The notes beneath the pieces were generated by a model. The model made no database searches. It had not been told where the DNA came from and was given only the letters and a program-made list of their open reading frames with translations. Below are positions 31,401 to 41,340 of a DNA stretch of 64,000 bases, in pieces. The position numbers and the translations under genes are program-made. This DNA is from Chloroflexota bacterium (GTDB lineage: Bacteria > Chloroflexota > Limnocylindria > P2-11E). The stretch is from the NCBI GenBank assembly GCA_038040345.1, contig JBBPIQ010000002.1, forward strand, positions 36,243-100,242, in the 5' to 3' direction. Position 1 is the stretch's first letter. The number at the start of each line of letters is the position of its first letter.

Positions 31401-32024
31401 GTGATGCGGATCCTGGCGGTGAGCGACGTCGAGGACGAGGCGGTCGCCGGCTCTGTCGCCTCGAAAGTCGGGACGATCGATCTGGTGATCGGCTGCGGCG
31501 ACCTCGACTACGAGTACCTCGATTACGTGGCCACCACCCTCGGCGCACCCCTGCGGGCGGTCCACGGCAATCACGACGTGCCCCCGGAGAACAGCGACGA
31601 TCCCGAGATCGCCGTCTGGTGGCGTGGGATCGATCTCCACGGTCGCGTGGTGTCGGTCAACGGCCTCCTCTTCGCTGGGCTCCAGGGGTCGCCTCGCTAC
31701 AGCTCGGGTACCTATCAGTCCACGGAGTCGGAGGTCTGGCTCGCGATCCTTCGAATGGTCCCTTCCCTCCTCCTCAACCGGCTGCGGCGTGGTCGATTCC
31801 TCGACGTGCTCGTGACGCACGCTCCGCCTCGCGGGATCCATGAGGGGACCGACCGCGCCCATCGCGGGTTCGGTGCGCTTCGCACATTTCTTCAATGGTT
31901 CCAGCCGCGTTATCACCTGCATGGACACACGCACGTCTACGATCGGCGGACGCCTACGACGACGCAGTTCGGACGAACGACGGTCATGAACGCGTACGGT
32001 GCGCGCACGGTGGACATCACATGA
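31401..32024 (+). CDS. Calcineurin-like metallophosphoesterase
   Basis: SD, GDL, GNHD, THAPP and HGHTH. Confidence 0.9.
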   Translation: MMRILAVSDVEDEAVAGSVASKVGTIDLVIGCGDLDYEYLDYVATTLGAPLRAVHGNHDVPPENSDDPEIAVWWRGIDLHGRVVSVNGLLFAGLQGSPRYSSGTYQSTESEVWLAILRMVPSLLLNRLRRGRFLDVLVTHAPPRGIHEGTDRAHRGFGALRTFLQWFQPRYHLHGHTHVYDRRTPTTTQFGRTTVMNAYGARTVDIT

Positions 32025-32935
32025 AATCGGCCATCGTGCGCGGCGACTACGAGCGCGCGCGGCGGAAGTCCTTCGTCCGCGCGATCGCGAGCTGGCTCCG
32101 GCGATCCGACAACGCATTGCTCGCGTTCGAGGACATGCGGCGCGGGATCCACGCGCAAGCACAGCGCGACGGCGGGCTCCGAGATGTGGAGATCGATCAG
32201 ATCGTCGGCAGCGTTGGCCGGTACCGCGACTTCGACCGCGCGTTCCTCCCTCGGCAGGCGAGAACGAGAGACCGCTGGGAGAGCGTCGACCGTGCCCACC
32301 GCGAACGGACCGAGGTGCCGCCCATCGAGCTGTACCAGATCGGCGGGGTCTATTTCGTGAAAGACGGGAACCATCGAGTGTCCGTGGCCCGCGAGCGCGG
32401 TCAGGCGTTCATCGACGCACACGTAACTCAAGTGACGGCGCCGGCGCCGGTCGACTCGGTCGAGGACCTTCTCGACTTCATCCGCGACCGCGACGCGCTC
32501 AGGTTCTACGAGACGACAGACCTCCTGCGTCTCCGGCCCGACGCGCGGATCGAGCTGACGCTTCCGGGCCAGTACGACAAGCTCCTCGAGCACATCTCGA
32601 CCCACCGCTGGTACCTCGGCACCCAGGAGAAAAGAGAGATCAGCTACCCGGAGGCGGTCGCCAGCTGGTACGACCGCGTCTACCTGCCGACGGTCGAAGC
32701 GATCCGCAAGACCGGTGCGCTACGCGACTTCCCGAATCGCACCGAAGCGGATCTCTACCTCTGGACGACGGAGCATCACTGGTACCTGCACCAGGCCGCG
32801 CACCCGAAGGGCGAATCGCTCGAGGCGCTTGTCAGCGAATACGCCGGCGAGCACAGCGAGCGACCGCTGCGGCCGTTGCTGCGACGCGCACGCGCGACGC
32901 TCCCGGGCTCGGCACGGAAGGCGCCGCGAACGTGA
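32021..32935 (+). CDS. ParB/Srx-like domain plus DUF4032 domain protein
   Basis: IVGSVGRYRDF, VKDGNHRVSVA, HRWYL and TEADLYLW; ATGA overlap with the phosphoesterase. Confidence 0.8.
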   Translation: MKSAIVRGDYERARRKSFVRAIASWLRRSDNALLAFEDMRRGIHAQAQRDGGLRDVEIDQIVGSVGRYRDFDRAFLPRQARTRDRWESVDRAHRERTEVPPIELYQIGGVYFVKDGNHRVSVARERGQAFIDAHVTQVTAPAPVDSVEDLLDFIRDRDALRFYETTDLLRLRPDARIELTLPGQYDKLLEHISTHRWYLGTQEKREISYPEAVASWYDRVYLPTVEAIRKTGALRDFPNRTEADLYLWTTEHHWYLHQAAHPKGESLEALVSEYAGEHSERPLRPLLRRARATLPGSARKAPRT

Positions 32936-33378
32936 TCACGGTTTCCGAGAATCTGGGGCGGATCCCGCCTGCGGTGCGGCCGATCGTGCAGGCGGCGCGC
33001 CGAACGGTGAAGGCGGTGGCGCCTCACGCGAAGGAGGTCGCCTATCAGAGCCGGAAGCCGCGCTCGAAAAGCGCGATGTGGAAGCTCGTTCGGTACGCCG
33101 TCGGGGACGAGTACGTCGTTGGGATCGGCACGTTCCCGACCTACGCGACGATGTTCTTCACGCGCGGCCGCGCGCTCGACGATGGAAGTGGATTACTTGA
33201 AGGCTCTGGGAAGGACGCCAGATTTGTCCGGCTGCGCGCGGCGACCGACGCGGCTCAGCCTGCCCTGAGGCGCGTTCTCCGCAAGGCCTTCACGGGAGGG
33301 ACCGGGTCGCACGCACACGCCACGCGCTCTTCGAGCAAAGCGCGATCCCAGCGGCCGAGATCCGCCGCCGCCCCGTAG
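32932..33378 (+). CDS. DUF1801 (YdhG-like) domain protein
   Basis: GTGA overlap with the upstream gene; FTRGRALDDGSGLLEGSGKDARFV. Confidence 0.7.
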   Translation: MITVSENLGRIPPAVRPIVQAARRTVKAVAPHAKEVAYQSRKPRSKSAMWKLVRYAVGDEYVVGIGTFPTYATMFFTRGRALDDGSGLLEGSGKDARFVRLRAATDAAQPALRRVLRKAFTGGTGSHAHATRSSSKARSQRPRSAAAP

Positions 33379-34235
33379 GTGCTTGTCAGGAAGGCCATGA
33401 GCGCCGCTTCCGGATCCGGCGAGGTTCGTACGTCTTCGTAGGGCAACAGGAACTCGCCGCGCGCGGCATTCCACTCGGCCGCGTCCGGTTGGATCACGAC
33501 GTCGGCGAGTCCCTTGAGTGCGGGCATCGCGTACGCGTAGTACTCCGCTCTGGGCACATCGGCGCTGCCTGGCCAGAAGCCAGCCGAGATGAGCTCGTGC
33601 GAATACGCCTCGTGCATCACGTGGACGTGGACGTTCGGTTGTTTGCCGCCGGCATACGCGGGCGCGCGCCTTCCGCTGAAGCGCGCGGCGGCGAGATCGA
33701 ATGACCCCCAGAAGAATTGGACGGGGCTCGCCTTTCCGAGAAAGCCCGCGCGGAAGCGCTCGAATACGAGGTCGGTCCGCAGAAGGGTCGTCGCGAAGAG
33801 GTGCGCCTGATCGCGGTCATACGGCCGTACCGCGACGTCGTCGGGAAACGGCACCGCCTCCGCTACTTCTGAGGGCACGAGGTTGATTTCCGGGTCCGCG
33901 AGTCCGAGCCCCTTCAGGGAGTCGAGCACCTCCCGATAGAACTGCGCGACCGAGATGGAACGGAGCGGGACAGCAACGCGTCCACCGCGGCTCGTCACGA
34001 TGATGAGCTCGTGTCCGATGAAGTCGAGGTCGATCTGGAAAGCGTCGGCGCCGCTCGGCATGGTCCCGGTGGTGAGTCCTCGAGGGGTCACCGCGAGGCT
34101 GGAATTCCACCAGTGGTTCAACAGCGGCGTCGTGGTGAGACGGATCTTCCCGACGATCTGCGTCCACATATGGATCGCCTCGAGGGTGCCTTTCCATTCG
34201 TCGTACGCGAGCCGCGGCCATTCGCCCAAAGACAT
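33255..34235 (-). CDS. DUF5996 family protein
   Basis: HMWTQIVGKIRL, NHWW, FFWGSFDLAAARFSGR and EAYSHE..SAGFWPG. Confidence 0.85.
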   Translation of the reverse strand: MSLGEWPRLAYDEWKGTLEAIHMWTQIVGKIRLTTTPLLNHWWNSSLAVTPRGLTTGTMPSGADAFQIDLDFIGHELIIVTSRGGRVAVPLRSISVAQFYREVLDSLKGLGLADPEINLVPSEVAEAVPFPDDVAVRPYDRDQAHLFATTLLRTDLVFERFRAGFLGKASPVQFFWGSFDLAAARFSGRRAPAYAGGKQPNVHVHVMHEAYSHELISAGFWPGSADVPRAEYYAYAMPALKGLADVVIQPDAAEWNAARGEFLLPYEDVRTSPDPEAALMAFLTSTYGAAADLGRWDRALLEERVACACDPVPPVKALRRTRLRAG

Positions 34236-34348
34236 CACTCTTCGAGCGTAGTTCAGGTCAGGTTTGCAGTCGGCGCCGGACATCCGCGGCGGATGCGTCG
34301 CTAAGCGAAGACATCGCGACGCGCTCGAGGTCGCCTGTGTGAGCTTGT

Positions 34349-34896
34349 TCAAGCCACCGTTCTAACGATCAGGGCGATGCGCTTCGCGCGGGTCTCCGGC
34401 CTCTTCGCCGTGACGAGCGACCGCAGGTGCTCTTTTCGGCGGCCGGGCGTGAGCGTTTCGAACTTCCTCATCCCGTTGACGTTCAGCGCCTTTCGCAGAT
34501 CGTCTGGGACCTGGAGCGCCTCGACGCTGTCGAGGAGCGTCCACGACCCGTCGCGCTTCGCGGCCGCGATCTCGCAAGGCCAGCCGCCTCCATCTTTCCT
34601 TCCTTGATCAGACGCGCGATCCGCACCTTGTTCGTGCGCGACCATCCACTGCCGGCCTTCCGGGGCGTGAAGAGCAGGGCCGTTCGCTCGTCGTCGAGCG
34701 GCTTGTTCAGGCTGTCTATCCAGCCGTAGCAGAGGGCATCGGGAATGGAGTCCTCGTAACCGAGCCGAGCCTTGCCGGTCCCGGCCTTGTACGCGACGAG
34801 CCATACGCCTCGCGCCTTGTCGTGGTTGTCGCGCAGCCACCGGCGCCATTCGGCCGCCGTCTTAGCCTGGACACGCGGGTAGTCGGCCGCGCTCAC
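34349..34896 (-). pseudogene. YdeI/OmpD-associated family gene with an apparent single-base frameshift near 34575
   Basis: The N-half (AEWRRWL...ALCYGWID...WSRTNK...MEAAGLA) and C-half (EIAAAKRDGSW...PDDL...AKRPETRAKRI) are in different frames. Confidence 0.75.
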
Positions 34897-34940
34897 GTGC
34901 TCCTGCTCATCTTCGACGCGCTCGGCGAGAATTAGCAGAC

Positions 34941-35666
34941 ATGGCCATGCAGAATATCGACCACGCCGCGAACGGCGAACGGACCTGGCGGGCGAGCGGA
35001 CCGCAGTCCTGCGCCTTATGCATGCGCGCCAACCAGCCCATGACGCGCGAGCACGTCTTCGCGCGTTGGCTCGTGCGCCAGGTTCACGGCGGGCGACTCG
35101 TCCCGACTCACGCGGCCGCAGGAGAGACGCCGTCATCGATTCCCGCCGCGCGTATCGGGCGCGTAATCGCCGGCGTGTGCGCCGAATGCAACGCCGGCTG
35201 GATGAGCGGTCTCGAAGTCAGCTTTCGGCGGGCACTCTTCGCTCGTCCGCGTGTCGGCACGCTGCAGGCGCCCGACCGCATCACGCTCAGTCGCTGGTTC
35301 ACGAAGACCGCGGTGCTGCTCGCCGAGGCGAGTGGCGGCGCGCTCGTCGGCGCCGCACATCGCGCGCAGCTCGTCACAGGGATGCCCGACGACATCGAGG
35401 TGTTCTTAGCGCGGCGTCGCCGGCCACGGCAGCACCTGGACTTTGCCCTCGACGTGATGACCGATCCCGACGCAGGTGCGCCGCGGGTGCGGTCAGCCGC
35501 GATTCTGGTCGACGACCTGGTCGGGCACGTCGCGGCGCGCGGCACGCTGGCGAGCCGCCACGGCACGAGGTTGTGGCCGCTGCGCTCGCACACACTTCGC
35601 TGGGAAACGCTTCCGGTGATCACATCGTTCATCGCACGCGAAGATCAGAATCGACCAGCGAAGTGA
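34941..35666 (+). CDS. HNH-like zinc-finger protein
   Basis: CALC...TREHVF...VCAECNAGWMS. Confidence 0.65.
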   Translation: MAMQNIDHAANGERTWRASGPQSCALCMRANQPMTREHVFARWLVRQVHGGRLVPTHAAAGETPSSIPAARIGRVIAGVCAECNAGWMSGLEVSFRRALFARPRVGTLQAPDRITLSRWFTKTAVLLAEASGGALVGAAHRAQLVTGMPDDIEVFLARRRRPRQHLDFALDVMTDPDAGAPRVRSAAILVDDLVGHVAARGTLASRHGTRLWPLRSHTLRWETLPVITSFIAREDQNRPAK

Positions 35667-35832
35667 AGCGCGCTGCGCTGTTCGCTCTTAGTTCGTCGGA
35701 ACCGGGGGGCCATCGCTCGTGCGCCCACAGGCGCTCTAGCGGAGCTACTGATCGGAAGCCACACGCGGTCGCTGAGAGAGCCGCGACTCCGGGCCGATGG
35801 CTTCTGTCAAGACATCTAAGGCCGCGAGCGAG

Positions 35833-36180
35833 CTACTTCAGGTGCGGAAAGACGGTCGCGGCGCCGCGGTGATCGAGAACGCGGACGAATCGTGGGTGAT
35901 GCCGTTCGTCGGCCAGCACGTCGCGCGCGAAGAGCACGGCCGGCCGTTCGCGGGACCGTACGAGCGCGAGAAATAACTCAGGGCTGACTGCGTCCTCGTC
36001 GTAGATCGCAGTACTTGAGCCTGCCAGAAGATCGCACGTTCGCCCAGCCAGAAGAGGACAAACACGGGCGGCGCACCGGCTGACCCGGTCGCCGTTACGA
36101 ACGAAATCTCTTGGCCAGTCACGGCGTCGATCGACATCGGTGGAGACCACGAGAACTGATCGCGCTCTGGAGTCCGACAT
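35833..36180 (-). CDS. Hypothetical protein (degenerate receiver-like fold with C-x4-CPLLxGxxC)
   Basis: Protein-like composition; start uncertain. Confidence 0.4.
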   Translation of the reverse strand: MSDSRARSVLVVSTDVDRRRDWPRDFVRNGDRVSRCAARVCPLLAGRTCDLLAGSSTAIYDEDAVSPELFLALVRSRERPAVLFARDVLADERHHPRFVRVLDHRGAATVFPHLK

Positions 36181-36467
36181 GGAAGCGACAGTGCGCACGA
36201 GGGCGCGAATGCCCTAGAGCCAAAAGACCTTGTTCACCGCGACACTCGACCCTAATGTCCGCACCGCCCCGAACAAAGACTTCGGCCACGTCGGTCCTGG
36301 GGATGCATAACGCCTTCGTCGTCGAGTAACCGGACCTTCTAGCTTCAAAGCCCCGCTGGGCCGGTTTTTCGTCTAGCCGAGGCCATGCCGGACGGCCTTT
36401 CGAAGAAGGGACAGAGGCACTAGCCGGGCAACGGAACCGGGGGAAGACTCATCCCAGAGGTGCCCCG

Positions 36468-36923
36468 ATGACTATTTCAACCTCGACGTTGGGCGTTCAG
36501 GCGCGTGATTCCCGCGTCCATTCGCTCGCTCCCGTTCTGTTCCTTCTCGCGATCGGTCTCCTCGCCGCGGGGCTTGTGTTCGCGGTGAGCCTCCCGGTCG
36601 CGAACGTGCGGGGCGTCGCGTCGGACCTCCGCCTGACCGCGGACCTCATCGACCAGCACGCGAAGGCGATGACCATCGATAGCGACCAGCTCGCCGTCCA
36701 GGCGCGTGCGACGAACGGCGCCGACCGCGGCCTTTGGATCGCGACCGCGCAGCACATGGCCTCCGATGGAGCGAGCCTGCAGGCGATGGCGCAGCGCCTC
36801 CGCGCCAGCGCCGCGAATCTCGGTGACCAACCGACGTACCGCGCGAACGCGAGCCCGTTGTCGCTGAGCGCCCAGGCGGCGCTACTGCGAGCGGATGGAC
36901 AAGCTGCAGTCGAGCGAGCGTGA
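36468..36923 (+). CDS. Hypothetical membrane-anchored helical protein
   Basis: SD GAGG, one TM helix and an Ala-rich helical region. Confidence 0.55.
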   Translation: MTISTSTLGVQARDSRVHSLAPVLFLLAIGLLAAGLVFAVSLPVANVRGVASDLRLTADLIDQHAKAMTIDSDQLAVQARATNGADRGLWIATAQHMASDGASLQAMAQRLRASAANLGDQPTYRANASPLSLSAQAALLRADGQAAVERA

Positions 36924-37019
36924 GGTCGCGCGACTGCCCTTCAGACCCCTCCGGCCGAAGGGCGAGTGTGAGCAACGAAATGGAAGTACGGTGATGACCT
37001 TGATCGGCTCGGTGGCCCA

Positions 37020-37451
37020 GTGACCTTCGACGATGCGGCGACGATTCTCACTGAGAACCAGTGCCTGGCGCTCCTGCAGTCTCGCGAGGTCGGCAGGATC
37101 GCGTTTGAATTCGAGGGCAAGGTCGAGATCTTTCCCGTCAACTACGGAATCGAAGGCGTGATGATCCTCTTCCGGACCGGTCCTGGTACGAAGCTCAGCG
37201 CGGTGCCCAGAACGGCCGTCACCTTCGAAGTAGATAGTTGGGACGCGGAGTCTGGCATCGGCTGGAGCGTGGTGGCCAAGGGTCGCGCCGAAGAAGTCAC
37301 AACAAATTCAGGTCGGGTAGCAGAGCACCTTCGCTGGGTGTCGGTGCATCCCGCCGCACCCGGCGACCGGTGGCACTGGATAGCGATCAAGCCATCGGAA
37401 ATCACGGGACGGCGATTCCACGTCCCGCGAGCTGGATACCAGCGAGCTTGA
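37020..37451 (+). CDS. Pyridoxamine 5'-phosphate oxidase family (NimA-like) flavin-binding protein
   Basis: CLALL...VGRIAF...FPVNY...FRTGPGTKL...FEVD...GWSVV...ITGRR. Confidence 0.85.
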   Translation: MTFDDAATILTENQCLALLQSREVGRIAFEFEGKVEIFPVNYGIEGVMILFRTGPGTKLSAVPRTAVTFEVDSWDAESGIGWSVVAKGRAEEVTTNSGRVAEHLRWVSVHPAAPGDRWHWIAIKPSEITGRRFHVPRAGYQRA

Positions 37452-37613
37452 GTTTTGTTTCCCGCTCGATCATGCGCACGCCCACGGCGCGGACGGAGTC
37501 GGCGCCAGCGTGGCACTGACAGGGTTCAAGACGTCGCGCTGAATCGGCGAATGGTGAGCTTGACGCTCTAAGTCGCAGCGCAGGTCGATCCGCTCCTCGC
37601 GGCGTCAGGATCG

Positions 37614-38483
37614 CTACCTCGCGACAGGTACCTCCAAGATCGCGCGGAGTCCTTCCTCTAGGGGAGTAAGGGTGACACCGAACGTGCGCGCGGTCTCGTG
37701 CATGTCGATTACGGAGTCATAGGTTTCCATCGCGGAGAACATGCCGGCCACACCCGGCGGTAGACCTTCGATGGGCTCACCTGGCGCCACTGACTGCGTT
37801 TCGATCGTTCGGCCGACGATGCGCTCTGCCGCAGCGACCACGTCGGTCCAGGAGACAGGGGCAGGCCCGCCGATGACGATTGTCGCGTTGCGCGCAGCGG
37901 GATTGTCGACCGCGGCAACCGCGAACGAGGCGGCGTCGCGCATGGAAAGCATTGAGTGGCGGTGCGATGCGTCGCCGACGAGCGTGACTGGCTTGCCCTG
38001 TGCGAGCGGCGCCGCGACGACTATCCCGCCCCACACCTCGATGTAGAGGTTCGGCATGAGAATCGTGTACGTCATGCCGCTGTCGCGGAGCCGCTGCTCG
38101 TTCAGCGCCTTGATCCGCATCAACGGGACGGGCGAATCCGGCGAGGACCCGAGCGCAGACGTATACACGAAGTGCCGGACGCTGGCGCGCTTCGCCGCTT
38201 CGATGAGGTTCTGGTAGCCGGCGTCGTCGACGGTCTCGAGCGTATCGGGCGGCTGTCGGACGATCGCTGTCGCCGTCGTCACGATCGTGTCGATGTCCCG
38301 GCATGCGGCATCGAGGGAGGCTCGCTCCTTCAGATCGCCGACTGCCGGCGTCGCGCCCGCCGCGACGAGCGGCGCGTAATTCGATCCTTCGCGCACGAGG
38401 ATGCGCACGTCATCGCCGCGCGCGAGCAAAGCGCGCGTGATCATGCTGCCAAGAACTCCGGTCGCGCCAACCACAAGGATCAT
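37614..38483 (-). CDS. NmrA/atypical SDR NAD(P)-binding protein
   Basis: ILVVGATGVLG, FVYTS and SGMTYTIL. Confidence 0.88.
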   Translation of the reverse strand: MILVVGATGVLGSMITRALLARGDDVRILVREGSNYAPLVAAGATPAVGDLKERASLDAACRDIDTIVTTATAIVRQPPDTLETVDDAGYQNLIEAAKRASVRHFVYTSALGSSPDSPVPLMRIKALNEQRLRDSGMTYTILMPNLYIEVWGGIVVAAPLAQGKPVTLVGDASHRHSMLSMRDAASFAVAAVDNPAARNATIVIGGPAPVSWTDVVAAAERIVGRTIETQSVAPGEPIEGLPPGVAGMFSAMETYDSVIDMHETARTFGVTLTPLEEGLRAILEVPVAR

Positions 38484-38607
38484 CTCTGCCCCCTTTTTAG
38501 AACGCCCTCTGGCGAGGTCTCCGGGCGCAACTCTGCGCTCGCGTGTCAACGCGCAAAAGAGTGCCGATGCTCCGCGCTGACTCGGGGATGAACCCCGGTC
38601 TGCTTCG

Positions 38608-38633
38608 ACGCTCGACGAGGTGTCGTCGAGCGT
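38608..38633. terminator. Perfect 11-bp stem hairpin (possible terminator or attenuator)
   Basis: ACGCTCGACGA-GGTG-TCGTCGAGCGT; no U-tract. Confidence 0.4.
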
Positions 38634-38651
38634 GCGTGACGCCCGGTGGGC

Positions 38652-38705
38652 CTAGGCTGCCGCTGCGAGGCGGCGCTTAGCAATCTTGGTCTGCTCGCTA
38701 AACAT
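38652..38705 (-). CDS. Putative 17-aa peptide MFSEQTKIAKRRLAAAA
   Basis: Strong SD (AAAGGGGGT) just upstream of the ATG; followed by strong hairpins. Confidence 0.35.
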   Translation of the reverse strand: MFSEQTKIAKRRLAAAA

Positions 38706-38968
38706 GACACCCCCTTTGCGGGAGACGAGACTGTTCGCGGGGGCCTGTGGAGCACCTCGCCGGCACAAGGCACGGACAGTGCTGCGGGTCCGGAGGAACG
38801 CCCTAGGTCTACTCCCGATTCTCATCAACACAAGCGCCTGTTCCGTAACGCTCACTCCCTCTGCAGATCCGCCTCATTGCAGACCGCTCATCAGGGCCCG
38901 CCTTGGCAGTCGTCGACGTTAGCCGATCGTTTGCGAGCCCGACGGTGCTGCCGGGCTCGGATCGAGAA

Positions 38969-39226
38969 TTAGCCTGGGATCGATTCTTCGGCGCGGCGCC
39001 GAAGGTCGTCAGCGTCCACGTATTCGCCGCCCTGCGTCGCGTGGTCTTCGATGATCAGCACTCGGTGTAGTGGCACGGAGAGCGTCACGCCAGGCCTCTC
39101 GGAATCGGGCCCGCGAATCACGCCGCCCTCTAACCGGAAACGCGAGTCACCTTGACGAACGACGACCTCGTGTCGCTTGTCTTGCTCGTCCATGTACCAA
39201 ATGCGCTGCGCGATGGGCTTCGCCAT
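38969..39226 (-). CDS. Small hypothetical protein
   Basis: SD GGAGGT; ...SVPLHRVLII (resembles a DUF504-like terminal motif). Confidence 0.6.
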   Translation of the reverse strand: MAKPIAQRIWYMDEQDKRHEVVVRQGDSRFRLEGGVIRGPDSERPGVTLSVPLHRVLIIEDHATQGGEYVDADDLRRRAEESIPG

Positions 39227-39411
39227 CGACTACCTCCCCAGGTCTTAGGCAAGCACGGTAGCTCGGCAGAGCGTGGTCGATGCCGGGCGGAGCGCACTCG
39301 GGATCGTCGCGCCGTGCATTCGCGCCTGCGCGGTTGGCATTAGACGCACGCTCTCTATGCTTTAGAGCGCATCGCCGGGGCCCGGCTAAGGCGAGGGCGT
39401 GACTCGGAGCA

Positions 39412-40071
39412 CTACGGGCGCGGGGCGGGCAGAACGTAGACGAGGACCACAACGTAGAACGCGACCGCCGCTGCGATGGTCATTAGGTGAAAGACCTCGT
39501 GGTAACCGAAGACGCGCGGCCAGGGGTTCGGCCACCGGCCCGCGTAGAACAGCGCGCCCGCGGAATACAGCACGCCGCCGGTGATGAGGAGCCCGATGGC
39601 GGGCCACGGGAGCGCCTCCGACATCTGCCCGAGGGCCGGCAGGGCGATCCAGCCCATCCCCACGTACAGACCCGCGCGGGCCCAGCGGTGCAGCTGTACT
39701 CCGGTGACCGCGGCCCCGACCCCGACGATGGCGGCGCCCCACACCGCGCCAAGAATGCCGACCCGCCACCACCCGGAGAACATGTTGAATGCGAGGGGGG
39801 TGTAGGTCGCAGCGATCAGGACGAAGATGTTCGCGTGATCGATCCGTCTGAGGATCGCCCCGCGGACCGGCGCCCACGTACGCAGGTGGTAGACGGCACT
39901 GAAGGCGAAGAGCACGGTCAGGCCGGCGCCGTACACGAGCATCGATAGCTGCCGCGGCCGATCGCCGCTCGACAGAACCACGAGGTACGTTCCACCCAGC
40001 GCGGCGACGACCGCGGCCCCGGCGTGGAGGTAGCCACGCAAGAGCGGGCGCACGTTCAACACGCGCATCAC
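39412..40071 (-). CDS. Hemolysin III (PAQR) family membrane protein
   Basis: SAVYH, RIDHANIF, ATYTP and GYHEVFH. Confidence 0.92.
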   Translation of the reverse strand: MMRVLNVRPLLRGYLHAGAAVVAALGGTYLVVLSSGDRPRQLSMLVYGAGLTVLFAFSAVYHLRTWAPVRGAILRRIDHANIFVLIAATYTPLAFNMFSGWWRVGILGAVWGAAIVGVGAAVTGVQLHRWARAGLYVGMGWIALPALGQMSEALPWPAIGLLITGGVLYSAGALFYAGRWPNPWPRVFGYHEVFHLMTIAAAVAFYVVVLVYVLPAPRP

Positions 40072-40371
40072 AACAGACTGCCTAAGGAAAAATCAACGCC
40101 GCCTGGCTAGCGTGCACTTCCGGAGGCGAGATGACCATTCAGCAAACCAAACTGGATCGCGAGATGGTTCCCGTTGCTGACCGTTGCTCTCGGGGCTGTC
40201 ATGGCTGAGCTGCGGCCGGTCTACGAGACCATCTGGGCGTTCAGCTCGACGCCGCGAACCTTCGGCGCAGCATCGTGGCTGACGGCGGTTGGGTGATCCG
40301 ACCAGGCGCTAGCCTCCACTCAGATCAGCCGGCGGCCGCCTCGCAGCGAACCGACGAGAGGAAGTGAAGCC

Positions 40372-41340
40372 ATGAGGGCGGTAGTCCACGACAGATACGG
40401 GCCGCCGGACGTCTTGCGTCTCGAAGAGGTCGAGCGGCCGGTACCCAAGGACGACGAAGTCCTCGTCAAGATCTACGCCACCACTGTCAACCGGACAGAC
40501 TGCGGCATGCGCAGCGCGGAACCGTTCATCGTTCGCTTCTTCGCCGGCCTCCGGCGACCCAAGCGAAGGATCCTCGGCATGGAGCTGGCTGGCGAGGTCG
40601 AGGCAGTCGGCGCAGCCGTCACCGAGTTCGCGGTCGGTGACCACGTCTTCGGCGTCAAGGGGTTCGGCGCACACGCGGAGTTCGTCCGCATGCGGGAGAG
40701 CGCCCCGCTGGCGCATAAGCCGATCGGCATGAGCTTCGAAGAGGCGGCAGCGGTCTGCGACGGAGCGAGCCTCGCATTGGCGTGCCTCCGAAAGGCAGAT
40801 CTTCGGAAGGGGCGGAGCATCCTCATCTACGGGGCCTCTGGATCCGTCGGAACCGCAGGGGTGCAGCTGGCCAAGTACTTCGGTGCCGACGTTACTGCGG
40901 TGTGCAGCACGAAAAACCTCGAGCTCCTGAGATCGCTCGGAGCCGACAGGGTCGTCGACTACACGCAGGAAGACTTCACCAAGAACGGCAAGACCTACGA
41001 CGTCATCTTCGACGCGGTCGGCAAGCACTCGTTCAGGCGCTGCAGGCGCTCCCTGAAGCCGGGCGGGATCTACATCGAAACCGACCTGGGGTTCATGTGG
41101 CACGTTCCGCTACTGGCCTTGTTGACCAGGTGGATCGGAGACAAGAAGGTGAAGGTCGGGATAACTCAATACACGAAAAAGGACGTCCTCTTCCTGAAAG
41201 AGCTCATCGAGGCTGGCAAATACCGAGCGGTCATCGATCGGACCTACCCGTTGGAGCAAGTGGTCGAGGCGACGACGTACGTCGAAACGGGGCAGAAGAC
41301 GGGCAACGTCGTCCTGACACTTGGAGTAGCGAGAGGGTAG
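40372..41340 (+). CDS. NAD(P)-dependent MDR oxidoreductase (quinone reductase/RTN4IP-like)
   Basis: YGPPDVL, GMELAGEV, YGASGSVG, VIDRTYPL and GNVVL. Confidence 0.9.
   Translation: MRAVVHDRYGPPDVLRLEEVERPVPKDDEVLVKIYATTVNRTDCGMRSAEPFIVRFFAGLRRPKRRILGMELAGEVEAVGAAVTEFAVGDHVFGVKGFGAHAEFVRMRESAPLAHKPIGMSFEEAAAVCDGASLALACLRKADLRKGRSILIYGASGSVGTAGVQLAKYFGADVTAVCSTKNLELLRSLGADRVVDYTQEDFTKNGKTYDVIFDAVGKHSFRRCRRSLKPGGIYIETDLGFMWHVPLLALLTRWIGDKKVKVGITQYTKKDVLFLKELIEAGKYRAVIDRTYPLEQVVEATTYVETGQKTGNVVLTLGVARG

Noticed and set aside
36200-36400. DosR/NarL-like boxes (e.g. TAGAGCCAAAAGACCT) upstream of the PNPOx-like gene
   Set aside because: Too degenerate to support by eye.
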